Positions 50,897 to 62,587 of a stretch of 64,000 nt of DNA are shown in pieces (position 1 is the first letter of the stretch; every line of letters starts with the position of its first letter). Below the pieces are notes generated by a model. That model did not search any database, was not told the origin of the DNA, and saw nothing but the letters and a program-made list of their open reading frames with translations. Position numbers and translations under genes: made by a program. The DNA is from Sphingomonas sp. (GTDB lineage Bacteria; Pseudomonadota; Alphaproteobacteria; Sphingomonadales; Sphingomonadaceae): NCBI RefSeq assembly GCF_036677245.1, contig NZ_JAKFCG010000045.1:4839-68838 (forward strand), given 5' to 3'.

Positions 50897-52669
50897 CTAC
50901 TTCGGGTCGACGATCCGAATGTGCAGCTCGCGCAGCTGCTTCGCCGACACTTCCGACGGCGCGTTCATCATCAGATCCTCGGCCTTCTGGTTCATCGGGA
51001 ACAACACGACCTCGCGGATATTGGGTTCGCCGGCGAGCAGCATGACGATGCGATCGATGCCGGGTGCCGAGCCGCCATGCGGCGGAGCGCCATATTTGAA
51101 CGCGTTGATCATGCCTGAGAAATTGGTGTCGACTTCGGCGCGGCTGTAGCCGGCGATCTCGAACGCCTTGTACATGATGTCCGGGCGGTGGTTGCGGATC
51201 GCGCCCGACGACAGCTCGACGCCGTTGCAGACGATGTCATATTGGTAAGCGAGGATGTCGAGCGGGTCCTTGGTCTCCAGCGCCTCGAGCTCGCCCTGGG
51301 GCATCGAGAACGGATTGTGGCTGAAGTCGATCTTCTTCGCGTCCTCGTCATATTCGTACATCGGGAAATCGACGATCCAGCAGAAGCGGAAGGCATCCTG
51401 CTCGATCAGCCCGAGCTCCTCGCCGACTCGGGTCCGCGCCAGGCCGGCGAGCTTGGCGGCCTGGCTTTCCTTGCCTGCCGCGAAGAAGACGCCGTCGTCC
51501 GGCCCGAGCCCGAGCGTGCGGATCAGCTCCGCCGTGGCTTCGTCGCCGAGGTTCTTGGCGATCGGGCCGCCAGCCTCGCCGGCCTTGATGTTGATATAGC
51601 CAAGGCCGGCATGGCCTTCGCCGCGGGCCCATTCGTTCATGCCGTCGAAGAAGCTGCGCGGGCGGACGCCGGCGCCGGGCGCAGGAATGGCGCGCACGAC
51701 GCCGCCGCCTTCGACGATCTTGGCGAACAGGCCGAAGCCGCCGCCGCGGAAATGCTCGGTGACGTCGCTGATCAGGATCGGGTTGCGCAAATCGGGCTTG
51801 TCGCTGCCGTAGAGGAGCATCGCCTCGGCGAACGGGATGCGCGGGAACGGCGCCGGCGTCACCGCCTTGCCGTTCGCGAATTCCTCGAACAGGCCCCCGA
51901 GCACCGGCTCGAGCGCGGCGAACACGTCGTCCTGCGTCACATAGCTCATCTCGAGGTCGAGCTGGTAGAATTCGCCCGGGCTGCGGTCGGCGCGGGCATC
52001 CTCGTCACGAAAGCAGGGTGCAATCTGGAAATAACGGTCGAAGCCGGCCACCATGATCAGCTGCTTGAACATCTGCGGCGCCTGCGGGAGCGCGTAGAAT
52101 TTGCCGGGGTGGACCCGGCTCGGGACGAGATAGTCGCGCGCGCCCTCGGGGCTCGAGGCGGTCAGGATCGGCGTCTGGAACTCGGTGAAGCCCTGATCGA
52201 TCATCCGCCGCCGGATCGAGCTGATCACCCTGGAGCGGAGCACGATATTGGCATGCAGCCGCTCGCGCCGCAGGTCGAGATAGCGGTAGCGAAGGCGGAT
52301 GTCCTCGGGATATTCGGCCTCGCCCGCGACCGGGAGCGGCAGCTCCTCGGCGGCCGACTGGACGATCACCTCGTCCGCCTGCACTTCGATCTCGCCGGTC
52401 GGAAGGTTGGGGTTGGTCGCCTCGGGGCCGCGCGCCACGACCGTCCCGACGATCGTCACGACCGATTCGGCGCGAAGCCCGTCGAGCAGGCGGAGCGGCT
52501 CGCTGCCGGCCTTGGCGACGATCTGGGTGATGCCATAATGATCGCGCAGATCGACGAACAGCACGCCGCCATGGTCGCGCTTGCGATGGATCCAGCCCGA
52601 CAGCTTGACCTGCTCGCCCACGTTGGAAGCGCGTAATTCTCCGCAAACATGGGTGCGATAGGCGTGCAT
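50897..52669 (-). CDS. aspS: Aspartate--tRNA(Asp/Asn) ligase
   Basis: [35 protein letters not shown]. Confidence 0.98.
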   Translation of the reverse strand: MHAYRTHVCGELRASNVGEQVKLSGWIHRKRDHGGVLFVDLRDHYGITQIVAKAGSEPLRLLDGLRAESVVTIVGTVVARGPEATNPNLPTGEIEVQADEVIVQSAAEELPLPVAGEAEYPEDIRLRYRYLDLRRERLHANIVLRSRVISSIRRRMIDQGFTEFQTPILTASSPEGARDYLVPSRVHPGKFYALPQAPQMFKQLIMVAGFDRYFQIAPCFRDEDARADRSPGEFYQLDLEMSYVTQDDVFAALEPVLGGLFEEFANGKAVTPAPFPRIPFAEAMLLYGSDKPDLRNPILISDVTEHFRGGGFGLFAKIVEGGGVVRAIPAPGAGVRPRSFFDGMNEWARGEGHAGLGYINIKAGEAGGPIAKNLGDEATAELIRTLGLGPDDGVFFAAGKESQAAKLAGLARTRVGEELGLIEQDAFRFCWIVDFPMYEYDEDAKKIDFSHNPFSMPQGELEALETKDPLDILAYQYDIVCNGVELSSGAIRNHRPDIMYKAFEIAGYSRAEVDTNFSGMINAFKYGAPPHGGSAPGIDRIVMLLAGEPNIREVVLFPMNQKAEDLMMNAPSEVSAKQLRELHIRIVDPK

Positions 52670-52771
52670 ATCGGGTTCGACTTCCGCTTTGCAAAGGGGG
52701 GAAAGGTGCGGCGAGCGCTTCGGCGGGCAAGAGCACTTTGTCAAGGGAAGAGCCCGTGTCTATGAGGCTCC

Positions 52772-53947
52772 ATGCTCATTCACCCGCTCATTACCGACAG
52801 CGACTCGCTCCTCCAGCTCTGCGAGCGCCTCGCCCACTGTGATTTCGTCGCCGTCGACACCGAATTCATGCGCGAGAACACCTATTGGCCGGACCTGTGC
52901 CTGGTGCAGATCGCCAGCCCGGACGAAGCCGCGGCGATCGATCCCAAGGCCGAGGGGCTCGACCTCTCGCCCCTGCTCAACCTGCTGGTCAACAATGACA
53001 ATGTGCTCAAAGTCTTCCACGCCGGCGGCCAGGACCTCGAGATCATCTACAATCTCACCGGCAGCACGCCGCATCCGTTGTTCGACACCCAGATCGCGGC
53101 GATGGCGCTCGGGCTCGGCGAGCAGGTCGGCTATTCGAACCTGGTCGAAAGCCTGCTCGGCACGAGCCTCGACAAGGGCGCCCGCTTCACCGACTGGGGC
53201 CGGCGGCCGCTCGACAAGCGCCAGATCGACTATGCGATCGGCGACGTCACCCACCTCGCGACCCTCTTCCCGAAGATGCTCGAGCGGCTGCGCAAGACCG
53301 GGCGCGGCGCGTGGCTCGACCAGGAGATGGAGCGGCTCGGCGATCCGCTCAACTATGCCAACGATCCTGCCTTGGCATGGAAACGGGTCAAGATCGCCAG
53401 CCGCAAGCCGGACGTGCTCGGTCGCCTCAAGGCGATCGCGGCGTGGCGCGAGCTCGAGGCGCGCTCGAAGAATTTGCCGCGCGGCCGGATCATGAAGGAC
53501 GAGACCTTGGCGGATATCGCCGCCCATCCGCCGTCGAACCAGGAGGCGCTCGCCAGGGTCCGCGGCCTTTCACCGGCGTGGCGGTCGAACGACATCGGCG
53601 CGCGGATGATGGACGCGCTCGAAGCGGCACACCCGCTGTCCGCGTCGGAAATGCCGCCGCGCGAGGACCGCCAGCCCGGTCTCGGCAAGGAGGGCGCTTT
53701 GGTCGCGGACCTGCTCAAGCTGTTGCTCAAGATCCGCTCGCGCGAAGGCAATGTCGCGGCCCGGCTGATCGCGCGCTCCGACGAACTCGAGCAGCTTGCC
53801 GCCGGCCGGCGCGACGGCCTGTCGATCCTCGAGGGATGGCGATTCGAGGAGTTTGGCCGCGATGCGCTCGATCTCGTCGAGGGCCGGCTCGCCTTCGCGA
53901 TCCGCAACGGCAAGCTGGTCATGACCAGGACGGAGCAGGAGGCATGA
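52772..53947 (+). CDS. rnd: Ribonuclease D
   Basis: AVDTEFMRENTY, FDTQIA, TDWGRRPL, YAIGDV, HRDC region. Confidence 0.95.
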   Translation: MLIHPLITDSDSLLQLCERLAHCDFVAVDTEFMRENTYWPDLCLVQIASPDEAAAIDPKAEGLDLSPLLNLLVNNDNVLKVFHAGGQDLEIIYNLTGSTPHPLFDTQIAAMALGLGEQVGYSNLVESLLGTSLDKGARFTDWGRRPLDKRQIDYAIGDVTHLATLFPKMLERLRKTGRGAWLDQEMERLGDPLNYANDPALAWKRVKIASRKPDVLGRLKAIAAWRELEARSKNLPRGRIMKDETLADIAAHPPSNQEALARVRGLSPAWRSNDIGARMMDALEAAHPLSASEMPPREDRQPGLGKEGALVADLLKLLLKIRSREGNVAARLIARSDELEQLAAGRRDGLSILEGWRFEEFGRDALDLVEGRLAFAIRNGKLVMTRTEQEA

Positions 53948-54255
53948 TCGGGCGAACTTTGGCAGCCTCCTTTCTGATCCTCGCGGGATGCGCACCCGCC
54001 ACCCCGCCGGCCGAGGGAAATCAGATGCCGAACGAACAACCGGCGGAGGGCGGCGGCTGCGACGCGGCGAAGGCGCAATCGTTCGTCGGCGAGCCGGAGA
54101 GCGCGGCGATCGCGGAACAGGCGCGGCAGAACAGCGGCGCCCGGACCGTGCGCTGGCTGCGGCCAGGCCAGATCGTGACGATGGAATATCGCGACGACCG
54201 CCTCAATCTCGAGCTCGATGCGCAGGGCAAGATCACCGCAATCCGCTGCGGCTGA
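53944..54255 (+). CDS. I78-family peptidase inhibitor-like lipoprotein
   Basis: MIGRTLAASFLILAGC lipobox; CDA...VTMEYRDDRLNL...IRCG; ATGA overlap with rnd. Confidence 0.85.
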   Translation: MIGRTLAASFLILAGCAPATPPAEGNQMPNEQPAEGGGCDAAKAQSFVGEPESAAIAEQARQNSGARTVRWLRPGQIVTMEYRDDRLNLELDAQGKITAIRCG

Positions 54256-54267
54256 GATGGCACAGGC

Positions 54268-55728
54268 TTAGCTGACAGCGACCTCAGGCTTGCGGCCGAG
54301 CGCGGACGCCAGGGTGCGCAGCCGCCGCTCGATCGCTTCGCCGCGCAACGCGACGGCGCCATTCTCCAGCTCGAGCCGAAGCACGGCCTTGCTGAGCCGC
54401 AGCCGGCTATGCTGCAGGCTCGAGGCAACTCCGCCGCCGAGCCGTTGCCCGAGGCGCATTGCAAGTCCCCATTGCGAGGCGCGCTCGAGCTCGCTCGGAT
54501 GGCACAAAAGCGCCACGTCGAGGTCCGCGAAACGGCCTGCACCGCCGAAATTGGAGAAGAGGGCCTGTGCGATCATCACCCGGCCGGGAGAGTCGACGCC
54601 GACCCAATTGCCGTGAAGCGCCATGTCGACGCCGCGCTCGGCGCGGAAGTCGGGATGCGCCTGCCAGGCGATGTCGGCGAGCAGGCAGGCGGCGAGACGC
54701 AGCCGCGCCGCCGCAGGCTCGTCGTCGAAGATCGGGGCGATCCAGCGATCCAGCAGATCGCCGTGCTCGCCGAAGCGGGCAAGCCCCTGCCCCGCTTCGC
54801 GCGCCGCCTCGAGCAACGGATCCTGCGCGCGCGTCGCAGGATCGAGCTCGCTGTAGAGCAGCCCTTCACGAATGCCGAAGCTCGAGACGATCAGGCTGGT
54901 CGGGCGCAATTCGTCGGCCAGCGTCTTGAGGATGCGGTTGGCGTAGGGAAGCATCGGCACGCGGGCGAGCGAGAGCGACGGCACGTTCTTCACGTCGGTC
55001 TTGCTCAGCGATTCGATCGCCCCCTGCAGTTCCGCTGGGCGGTCTGGCGACATCTCATAATGGTGGGTGATCGGCAGCGGGTAATCGTTGAGCACCATGT
55101 CGAGCCGGGCGAGCGCGCGCCACGATCCGCCAACCAGATAGAGCGGCCGCCCCTGAGCGCGCTTGCCGAGATCGAGGCTTTGGATCGCCTTGGCGATCTT
55201 CTTGGCGAGCGTGCCTTCGCCCTTCCTGATCATCGGCTCGACTCGCAGCACGCCGAGCGGGAAGGATGCGCTGCGTTGGACCTTGCCCTGGCCGACCTCG
55301 GCGAGCTCGAGGCTGCCGCCGCCAAGATCGGCGACGATGCCGTCGGCCTCGGGGATTGCGGAAAGCACCCCCTGCCCGGCCATCACGGCTTCCTGCTCGC
55401 CCGACAGCATCATCGGCGAGAAGCCGATCGCCCGCACGAGGTCCAGGAATTGCGCGCCGTTCGACGCGTCGCGGACGGCCGCCGTGGCGACCACCAGGGT
55501 GCGGGCGACGCCCATTTCGTCGGCAAGCGTGCGGAAGCGGCGAAGCGCCGCCAGCGCGCGCTGCTGCGCCTCGTCGGGCAAGGCGCCGGTGCTTGCGATC
55601 GTCTGGCCGAGGCCGGCCAGCACCTTCTCGTTGAAGATGATCCACGGGATGCGCGTCGCCCCGGCGTAGACGACCAGACGGACCGAGTTCGACCCGATGT
55701 CGATGATGGCGACCGGCTTTTGCGTCAT
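54268..55728 (-). CDS. ppx: Exopolyphosphatase Ppx/GppA
   Basis: IIDIGSNSVRL, ATAAVRDA, DLGGGSLEL, GIREG. Confidence 0.93.
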   Translation of the reverse strand: MTQKPVAIIDIGSNSVRLVVYAGATRIPWIIFNEKVLAGLGQTIASTGALPDEAQQRALAALRRFRTLADEMGVARTLVVATAAVRDASNGAQFLDLVRAIGFSPMMLSGEQEAVMAGQGVLSAIPEADGIVADLGGGSLELAEVGQGKVQRSASFPLGVLRVEPMIRKGEGTLAKKIAKAIQSLDLGKRAQGRPLYLVGGSWRALARLDMVLNDYPLPITHHYEMSPDRPAELQGAIESLSKTDVKNVPSLSLARVPMLPYANRILKTLADELRPTSLIVSSFGIREGLLYSELDPATRAQDPLLEAAREAGQGLARFGEHGDLLDRWIAPIFDDEPAAARLRLAACLLADIAWQAHPDFRAERGVDMALHGNWVGVDSPGRVMIAQALFSNFGGAGRFADLDVALLCHPSELERASQWGLAMRLGQRLGGGVASSLQHSRLRLSKAVLRLELENGAVALRGEAIERRLRTLASALGRKPEVAVS

Positions 55729-55729
55729 C

Positions 55730-57898
55730 TTATTTGCCGCGGCGCAAGCGCAGCTTGGGCACGGCGCCGGTGCTGCGCAGCGCCGCACCCCGGCCCGACA
55801 GCGATGGATTGGTCATGAAGTAGAGATGGAGGTTGAACGGCTTGTCGTCGGGGCCGGCGTGGAGGCGTTCGTAACGGCCGTCCGGCAGAAGCCGCCAGCT
55901 CTGCTGGTTGTCGATCAGATTGGCGACCATAACCTGATCGAGGATCTGCGCGTGCACGGTCGGGTTCTCGATCTTGAGCATATATTCGACCCTGCGGTCG
56001 AAGTTGCGCGGCATCCAGTCGGCGGAACTGACGTAGACCAAAGCCTCGCGGTTCGGCAGCGCATCGCCATTGCCGAAGCACCAGATTCGGCTGTGCTCGA
56101 GGAAGCGGCCGAGGATCGATTTGACCCGGATATTCTCGGACATGCCGGCCACGCCGGGCCGCAGGCAGCAGATGCCGCGCACGACCAGCTCGATCTGCAC
56201 GCCCGCGGCGCTCGCGGCGTAAAGCTTTTCGATGATCGCCGGATCGACCAGCGAATTCATCTTCGCCCACAGCACGCCTTCGCGCCCGGCACGGGCATGG
56301 TCGATTTCCTGGTCGATCAGCCGGCACAGGGTGGTTCGCATGTCGTGCGGCGACAGCACGAGCAGGTCGAGATCGCGCGGCTCGACATAGCCGGTGATGT
56401 AATTGAACAATTGCGCCGCATCGCGGCCAACCCGCGGATCCGAGGTGAAGAAGCTGAGATCGGTGTAGATCCGCGCGGTCACCGGGTGGTAATTGCCGGT
56501 GCCGACGTGGCAATAGGTGCGATAGCCCTTCTCCTCGCGACGCACGACCATCGACACCTTGGCATGCGTCTTCCAGTCGATGAAGCCGTACACCACCTGC
56601 ACGCCGGCGCGCTCGAGCGCGTTCGCCCAGAGCAGATTCTGCTCCTCGTCGAAACGCGCCTTCAGCTCGACCACCGCCGTCACCGATTTGCCCGCCTCGG
56701 CGGCATCGATCAAAGCGCGGATGATCGCCGACTGCTTGCCCGCGCGGTAGAGCGTCTGCTTGATCGCGACGACATCGGGATCCTCGGCGGCCTGGCGCAG
56801 GAAAGCGACCACCACCTCGAAGCTCTCATAGGGATGGTGGACGACGATATCCTTGCTGCGGATCGCCGCGAAGCAGTCGCCGTCATGTTCGCGGATGCGC
56901 TCGGGAAAGCGCGGCGTGAACGGCGGGAATTTGAGGTCGGGCCGGTCTTCCTCGACCAGCAGGCCGAGATCCTCGATGCCGAGGAAACCGGTCGATTCGG
57001 AGACGATCGCCTCGCTGCCGTCGAGCCCGACCCGGACCAGCTGCTCGAGCTCGTCGGGTATGTCGCGCTCGAGCTCGAGCCGGATCACCCTGCCGCGCCT
57101 GCGCCGCTTGATCGCGCTGCGGAAGAAGCGGACGAGATCCTCCGCTTCCTCCTCGACCTCGATGTCGCTGTCGCGGATGATCCGGAACGCGCCGCCGCCG
57201 AGCATCTCGTAACCGGGGAAGAGGATCGTGATGTAGCGGCGGATCAACGTCTCGACCGCGATATAGCGTGCCGCCTCGCCCGGCAGCCGGATGAAGCGCG
57301 GCAGCGAGGCCGGGACCATCAGCAGCTCGCGAATCGGCTCGCCGTCCGCGAGCCGCTTGAGATCGAAGATCAGCGAGAAGCCCTTGTTGGGGATGAATGG
57401 AAACGGGTGCGCGGGATCGATCGCCTGCGGAGTCAGCACCGGGAAGATCTGCTCGCGGAAATAGAGATCAAGCCACTCGGTCGCCGGCTGATCGAGATCC
57501 TGCTCGCCGAGAACCTCGACCCCGACCTCGGCCAGCGCCGCGCGCAGATCGTTCCAGACTTCCTGCTGGCTCGCGGTCAGCCGGTCCGCCTCCTCGGCAA
57601 TCGCCGTGAGCTGCTGCGCGGGAGTCATGCCGTCGGCCGAATGCTCCTCCACGCCGAGCAATTGCTGGCCCTTGAGGCCGGCCACGCGGACCATGAAGAA
57701 TTCGTCGAGATTGGCGCCCGAGATCGACAGGAAGCGCAGCCGTTCGAGCAACGGATGCGCCGGATTGCAGGCCTCCTCGAGCACGCGGCGGTTGAACGCG
57801 AGCCAGCTCAACTCGCGGTTGAAGAAGCGTGACCGCGCCTGCTCGCGGCTGGTGCCGGGAACGCTGTCGTCGCTGTCGGAGGTTGGTCTAATATCCAT
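55730..57898 (-). CDS. ppk1: Polyphosphate kinase 1
   Basis: [51 protein letters not shown]. Confidence 0.98.
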   Translation of the reverse strand: MDIRPTSDSDDSVPGTSREQARSRFFNRELSWLAFNRRVLEEACNPAHPLLERLRFLSISGANLDEFFMVRVAGLKGQQLLGVEEHSADGMTPAQQLTAIAEEADRLTASQQEVWNDLRAALAEVGVEVLGEQDLDQPATEWLDLYFREQIFPVLTPQAIDPAHPFPFIPNKGFSLIFDLKRLADGEPIRELLMVPASLPRFIRLPGEAARYIAVETLIRRYITILFPGYEMLGGGAFRIIRDSDIEVEEEAEDLVRFFRSAIKRRRRGRVIRLELERDIPDELEQLVRVGLDGSEAIVSESTGFLGIEDLGLLVEEDRPDLKFPPFTPRFPERIREHDGDCFAAIRSKDIVVHHPYESFEVVVAFLRQAAEDPDVVAIKQTLYRAGKQSAIIRALIDAAEAGKSVTAVVELKARFDEEQNLLWANALERAGVQVVYGFIDWKTHAKVSMVVRREEKGYRTYCHVGTGNYHPVTARIYTDLSFFTSDPRVGRDAAQLFNYITGYVEPRDLDLLVLSPHDMRTTLCRLIDQEIDHARAGREGVLWAKMNSLVDPAIIEKLYAASAAGVQIELVVRGICCLRPGVAGMSENIRVKSILGRFLEHSRIWCFGNGDALPNREALVYVSSADWMPRNFDRRVEYMLKIENPTVHAQILDQVMVANLIDNQQSWRLLPDGRYERLHAGPDDKPFNLHLYFMTNPSLSGRGAALRSTGAVPKLRLRRGK

Positions 57899-58523
57899 CG
57901 CCGAGGCTCTGCGCTCCCGCGCTCTTGATGATTCCGGCGTCGAGCAGCGCCTTGCGCGCCAGCGGCACCGTCATTCGGCGATGGTTGGAGAACATCGCCC
58001 GGTCGAGAAGGTCGACGACCTGCTGGACCGCCACATAGCTGCGTTCGATCCGGGGCACCAGATAGACCGCGACCTCGCGCGGTGTCGCGATGCCCCGGTC
58101 CGCGAGCAATTTGACGATCAGGCTGCCGATCAGCGCATCGTCAGGCTCCTCGATCGCGACATGCGGCGTCGCGGCGAGACGCGACCTCAGATCCGGCAGG
58201 CGGACCTGCCAGATCGGGGGCGGCGCGGCTGCGATCAGCAGCAGCGGCTTGCGCCCTTCCTGGGCCTGGTTCCAGGCGTGGAACAAGGCTTCCTCGTCAT
58301 GATCCTCGGCATCGTCGAACAACCGCCCGCCGCTGTTGCGGACGAAGATCCGGCCGAGCAGGCTGCGGCCCGATTTGCGAGGGCCGGTGAGGATCGTCGC
58401 CATCACCGGCCACACCGACCAGCTCTTGAAATGCGCAAAGGCGACGCGATTGGCGTCGGAGAGCAGGAAATCGCTGTCGCTGTCGGCCACCGGCCAGTCG
58501 AGCGGCAGCGCGATCTGGTTCAC
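57888..58523 (-). CDS. hdaA: DnaA regulatory inactivator HdaA
   Basis: N-terminal QIALPL clamp-binding-like motif, [21 protein letters not shown]. Confidence 0.85.
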   Translation of the reverse strand: MNQIALPLDWPVADSDSDFLLSDANRVAFAHFKSWSVWPVMATILTGPRKSGRSLLGRIFVRNSGGRLFDDAEDHDEEALFHAWNQAQEGRKPLLLIAAAPPPIWQVRLPDLRSRLAATPHVAIEEPDDALIGSLIVKLLADRGIATPREVAVYLVPRIERSYVAVQQVVDLLDRAMFSNHRRMTVPLARKALLDAGIIKSAGAQSLGDGY

Positions 58524-58527
58524 CGGC

Positions 58528-59784
58528 CTACTCCCGCCCCGTGGGAGGCGCCGCGCTTCTTCGCGAAATGCTGAACACGTTGCCGACCGTCTGGACGGTG
58601 AAGCCCTGCGCCTGCAACGCCGCCTGGAGCGCGGCGGGATCGCCGGTGAAGGTGACGCGCATCACCGAGGTTCCGCCAAGCGCGAGGCTGGTGGTGATCG
58701 CCGAGGTGACGCCGCCGATCCGGCTGACCGCAAGCTCCGCCTGCCCGACCGAGGCCGACGTCGGCGTGTCGACCTGAACCAGATAGGTGGTGGCGACGCC
58801 CATCGGGATCGGCCCGGTCGGCAGCGCGCCAAGTTCGGACGCGGCATTCTCGATCTGCTCGGCATCGGTCGGCAGCGGCGGCTCCTCGATCGTCAAGGAG
58901 GGATCGACCGCAAGGAGCCCGTTCTGCAGCGCGCGGGCATAAGCGGCGTCGATCCGCCGCGCGCCTTCGTCGAGCAGCTTGGGGATCAACGTGCTCCGCT
59001 CGACCCGCAGGCCGAAACGGCTGATCACGAGATTGTCCGGCCCGTGGCGGGCCGTGAAGGTGCCGATCACCGGCCCGCCGGGATAGAGCCGCTTGAGCTG
59101 GACCTCGGGGACTAGGATATCCGCAGCGCCATATTGGTCGAGCAGCATCCGCCACCAGCTGCGGCCCGGACGCCGCGTCTGCGGGGCGTTGAGCAGCAAC
59201 GGGTCGATGCCCGAGCCGACCGGCCGTACATAATCGATCGGCGTGTTGCCGGTGCGGAAGCGTGCCCAGGCCTTCTGCCATTCGGTGCGGGATTCGAACA
59301 CCTGCGCGGTTGAGCCGGTGATCATCACCGGAATGACCAGCATCGGTGCCGAGCGCCTGATCTGGCCCTGGCTGCCGCCCAGCAACTGGCCGGTGCGGGC
59401 GCGATCGAACAGCACGCCGAGCGTCGCGAGATAACGCTGGGGACCAATGTCCTCATTCTCGATGATCACGCCCGAGACGATCGAATTCAGCACCGAATCG
59501 GGCAGGTTCGGAGCTTCGCTCTGCGGCCTGTGATTGGTGCTCGCCCAGAGCGCCTTCCAGCCCTTGGCCTGCGCAAGGCGCCACCCTTCGTAGCGCGCGG
59601 CCTCGGCATTGGGGGCAGCCACGTCGACCGTGACCCCGGTCACCTCATAGGTGCTCGCGCTGTCGATCGGCGGAACACCGCGATCGCCGCCCTCGAGCTG
59701 CGCATAGACCACGGCGGCCGCCGCGGCGGTTGCGAGCCCGAGCAGCATCGGAAGGGGTCGGGAAAGACGATGGAGAAGCTTCAC
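58528..59784 (-). CDS. Conserved exported hypothetical protein (DUF2066-like position upstream of hdaA)
   Basis: GTG start, signal-like N-terminus, good codon usage; divergent from purM. Confidence 0.7.
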   Translation of the reverse strand: MKLLHRLSRPLPMLLGLATAAAAAVVYAQLEGGDRGVPPIDSASTYEVTGVTVDVAAPNAEAARYEGWRLAQAKGWKALWASTNHRPQSEAPNLPDSVLNSIVSGVIIENEDIGPQRYLATLGVLFDRARTGQLLGGSQGQIRRSAPMLVIPVMITGSTAQVFESRTEWQKAWARFRTGNTPIDYVRPVGSGIDPLLLNAPQTRRPGRSWWRMLLDQYGAADILVPEVQLKRLYPGGPVIGTFTARHGPDNLVISRFGLRVERSTLIPKLLDEGARRIDAAYARALQNGLLAVDPSLTIEEPPLPTDAEQIENAASELGALPTGPIPMGVATTYLVQVDTPTSASVGQAELAVSRIGGVTSAITTSLALGGTSVMRVTFTGDPAALQAALQAQGFTVQTVGNVFSISRRSAAPPTGRE

Positions 59785-59889
59785 ACCGCGTCTTTTGGCG
59801 AGTTGATCGTCGAAATCCAAGCGGGATATACCCCCGCCCGCGCGATTACGGCCGTTGCGGGACGCTGCTTTGGATCCTAAGCGCCGATT

Positions 59890-60984
59890 ATGAGTGATCC
59901 TGAATCCTACACCTATGCCAAGGCGGGCGTTTCGATCGCGCTCGGCAATGCCCTCGTCAAGGCGATCGGCCCGCTCGCCAAGTCGACCGCGCGGCCGGGC
60001 GCGGACGCGACGCTCGGCGGTTTCGGCGGTTTTTTCGACCTCAAGGCGGCCGGCTATTCGGATCCTTTGCTGGTCGCTGCGAACGACGGCGTCGGGACCA
60101 AGCTCAAGCTGGCGATCGAGACCGACCGCCACGACGGCGTCGGCATCGATCTCGTCGCGATGTGCGTCAACGATCTCATCGTCCAGGGCGCCGAGCCGCT
60201 CTTCTTCCTCGATTATTTCGCCACCGGCCGCCTCGATCCCGGCGTCGCCGAGCGGGTGATCGCCGGAATAGCGCAAGGCTGCCGGATCGCCGGCTGCGCA
60301 TTGATCGGCGGCGAGACCGCGGAGATGCCCGGCATGTACGCCGAGGGCGATTATGACCTTGCCGGCTTCGCGGTCGGCGCCGTCGAGCGTGGCCAGGCGC
60401 TGACCGGAGAGCAGGTCAAGGCCGGCGATCTGATCCTCGGCCTCGCCTCGTCGGGCGTCCATTCGAACGGCTTTTCGCTGGTGCGGCGGCTGGCGGCCGA
60501 CAAGGGCTGGAAGCTCGAGCGGCCGGCGCTGTTCGACCAGGAGCGTTTGCTGATCGAAGCTTTGCTCGAGCCGACCCGGATCTACGTCCGCTCCTTGCTG
60601 CCGCTGATCCGCGCGGGCCTGGTCCATGCCCTCGCGCACATCACCGGGGGGGGCTTGCTAGAGAATATTCCGCGCATCCTGCCGGGCGGGCTTCACGCGC
60701 GGATCGACGCCGACGCCTGGCCACAGCCGCGGCTGATGGCGTTCCTCCAGGCGCAGGGCAATATCGAGCCCGAGGAAATGGCACGCACGTTCAACTGCGG
60801 CATCGGCATGGCCGTGGTCGTCGACGAAGCTGATGCCGGCGAGGTGATCCGTGCGCTCGAAGCGGCCGGCGAGACCGTCCACCGCATCGGGCGGATCGAG
60901 CAAGGCGATCAAGGTTGCACCGTCCTCGGGTCCGCGGAGAGCTGGAGCGCGCGCGCCCCCTGGACCGCCACCCACCGTGGCTGA
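59890..60984 (+). CDS. purM: Phosphoribosylformylglycinamidine cyclo-ligase
   Basis: [40 protein letters not shown]. Confidence 0.97.
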   Translation: MSDPESYTYAKAGVSIALGNALVKAIGPLAKSTARPGADATLGGFGGFFDLKAAGYSDPLLVAANDGVGTKLKLAIETDRHDGVGIDLVAMCVNDLIVQGAEPLFFLDYFATGRLDPGVAERVIAGIAQGCRIAGCALIGGETAEMPGMYAEGDYDLAGFAVGAVERGQALTGEQVKAGDLILGLASSGVHSNGFSLVRRLAADKGWKLERPALFDQERLLIEALLEPTRIYVRSLLPLIRAGLVHALAHITGGGLLENIPRILPGGLHARIDADAWPQPRLMAFLQAQGNIEPEEMARTFNCGIGMAVVVDEADAGEVIRALEAAGETVHRIGRIEQGDQGCTVLGSAESWSARAPWTATHRG

Positions 60985-60995
60985 CAAGACCCATC

Positions 60996-61574
60996 ATGGC
61001 TGACAAAAAACGCGTCGGCGTCCTGATTTCCGGACGCGGCTCCAACATGGAGGCGCTCGCCGAATATAAGCGCATCGCGGACCCGGCCTATTCGATCGTG
61101 CTGGTCGCATCGAACGTGCCCGAAGCGCGCGGCCTCGTCGTCGCGCGCCGGTTCGGCATCGAGACCTGGGCGCACAGCCACAAGGGCATGGAACGCGCCG
61201 AGTTCGACCGAATGATGGACGAGGAGCTGCGCCGGCACGATGTCGAGGTAATCGCGCTGGCCGGCTACATGCGCCTGCTCTCGCCTGAGTTCATCGCCCG
61301 CTGGCGGGGACGGATCCTCAACATCCACCCCTCCTTGCTGCCGCTCTACAAGGGGCTCGACACGCACCGCCGGGCGCTGGTCGCGGGCGAGCAACATGCC
61401 GGCTGCTCGGTGCACGTGGTGACCGAGGATCTCGACGACGGGCCGGTGATCTCACAGGCCAAGGTCAAGATCCTGCCCCGCGACACGCCCGAAAGCCTCG
61501 CCGAGCGGGTGCTCGCGGAAGAGCATAAGCTCTATCCGGCGGCGCTCGACAAATTTTGTAGGGAACTCAATTAG
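60996..61574 (+). CDS. purN: Phosphoribosylglycinamide formyltransferase
   Basis: LISGRGSNM, LAGYMRLL, NIHPSLLP, GCSVH...LDDGP. Confidence 0.97.
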   Translation: MADKKRVGVLISGRGSNMEALAEYKRIADPAYSIVLVASNVPEARGLVVARRFGIETWAHSHKGMERAEFDRMMDEELRRHDVEVIALAGYMRLLSPEFIARWRGRILNIHPSLLPLYKGLDTHRRALVAGEQHAGCSVHVVTEDLDDGPVISQAKVKILPRDTPESLAERVLAEEHKLYPAALDKFCRELN

Positions 61575-61617
61575 CGGGGACGCCGATAAGGCGCCGCCCC
61601 TCGCCATTTTAAGCCGC

Positions 61618-62040
61618 TCAGCCGACCAGCTCTTCCGGCTTGAAGAAGAAGTCGATTTCGATCCTGGCATTGTCGAGGCTGTCGGACCCGTGGACCGAAT
61701 TGGCCTCGATCGATTCCGCATGGCTCTTGCGGATCGTGCCCTCGTCGGCCTGCGCCGGATTGGTCGCGCCCATCACCTCGCGGTTGCGCGCCACGGCATT
61801 CTCGCCCTCGAGCACCTGGACGACGACCGGCCCGGAAGTCATGAAGGTCACCAGATCGTTGAAGAAGGGACGCTCCTTGTGGACCGCGTAAAAGCCCTCC
61901 GCCTGCTCGCGGCTCATGCGGATGCGCTTGGAGGCGATCACGCGCAGGCCGGCATCCTCGAGCATCTTGGTGACGGCGCCGGTGAGGTTGCGGCGGGTCG
62001 CGTCCGGCTTGATGATCGAGAAGGTACGTTCGGTCGCCAT
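61618..62040 (-). CDS. ndk: Nucleoside diphosphate kinase
   Basis: [23 protein letters not shown]. Confidence 0.98.
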   Translation of the reverse strand: MATERTFSIIKPDATRRNLTGAVTKMLEDAGLRVIASKRIRMSREQAEGFYAVHKERPFFNDLVTFMTSGPVVVQVLEGENAVARNREVMGATNPAQADEGTIRKSHAESIEANSVHGSDSLDNARIEIDFFFKPEELVG

Positions 62041-62136
62041 GGCCGGCAAAGCTCCATTTTCGGGGTGAATCGAGCGCGTCTCTAGGGCCTGATCGCGCGA
62101 GGTGGAAGCGCTTTGCGTTCCGGAACCTCGATCCGC

Positions 62137-62580
62137 TCAGGGGCCTTCGACCCAGCGGCCGCTTTCGTCCTGCTTCCAATAGCGGCATTCGGCATCGGCT
62201 TGGCCCTTCAGCGCCCGCCAGCTGCGCCGGGCCTCGTCGAGCCCGCCGTTGTCGAAAAAATAGAAAGCCCGCGCGAATTCGAGCGCCTCGTCGCGCCAGC
62301 GGCCGTCGGCAAGCGCGATATTGGCGGCGCCGTTGAGCGGCTTGGGATCTTGGGACAGCAGGATCGGCTGGCGCTGCGCGCCGGCCGCATCGGCACCCGC
62401 CTGGCCGTGCGGCAGGAAGGCGTCCTTGCGGTAGGTCCAGAGCTGCTGGTCGAGGCGGTCGAGCAGATCGGCTTCGCCGACGACGACCAGCCTCTCCCCT
62501 TCCTCCACCAGCCGTTCGCAGATGCGCGGCAGCACGCGCTCGATCGGCGAAGCGGCAAGATGGTAGAAATCGACGCGCAT
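62137..62580 (-). CDS. holC: DNA polymerase III chi subunit
   Basis: MRVDFYHL, LDQQLW...FLPHG, ARRSWR, YWKQ; follows pepA. Confidence 0.92.
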   Translation of the reverse strand: MRVDFYHLAASPIERVLPRICERLVEEGERLVVVGEADLLDRLDQQLWTYRKDAFLPHGQAGADAAGAQRQPILLSQDPKPLNGAANIALADGRWRDEALEFARAFYFFDNGGLDEARRSWRALKGQADAECRYWKQDESGRWVEGP

Positions 62581-62587
62581 CGCGCGG

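Noticed and set aside
59785-60639. 703-aa version of the ORF upstream of hdaA
   Set aside because: The extension is antisense to purM; the GTG at 59784 gives a signal-peptide-like start
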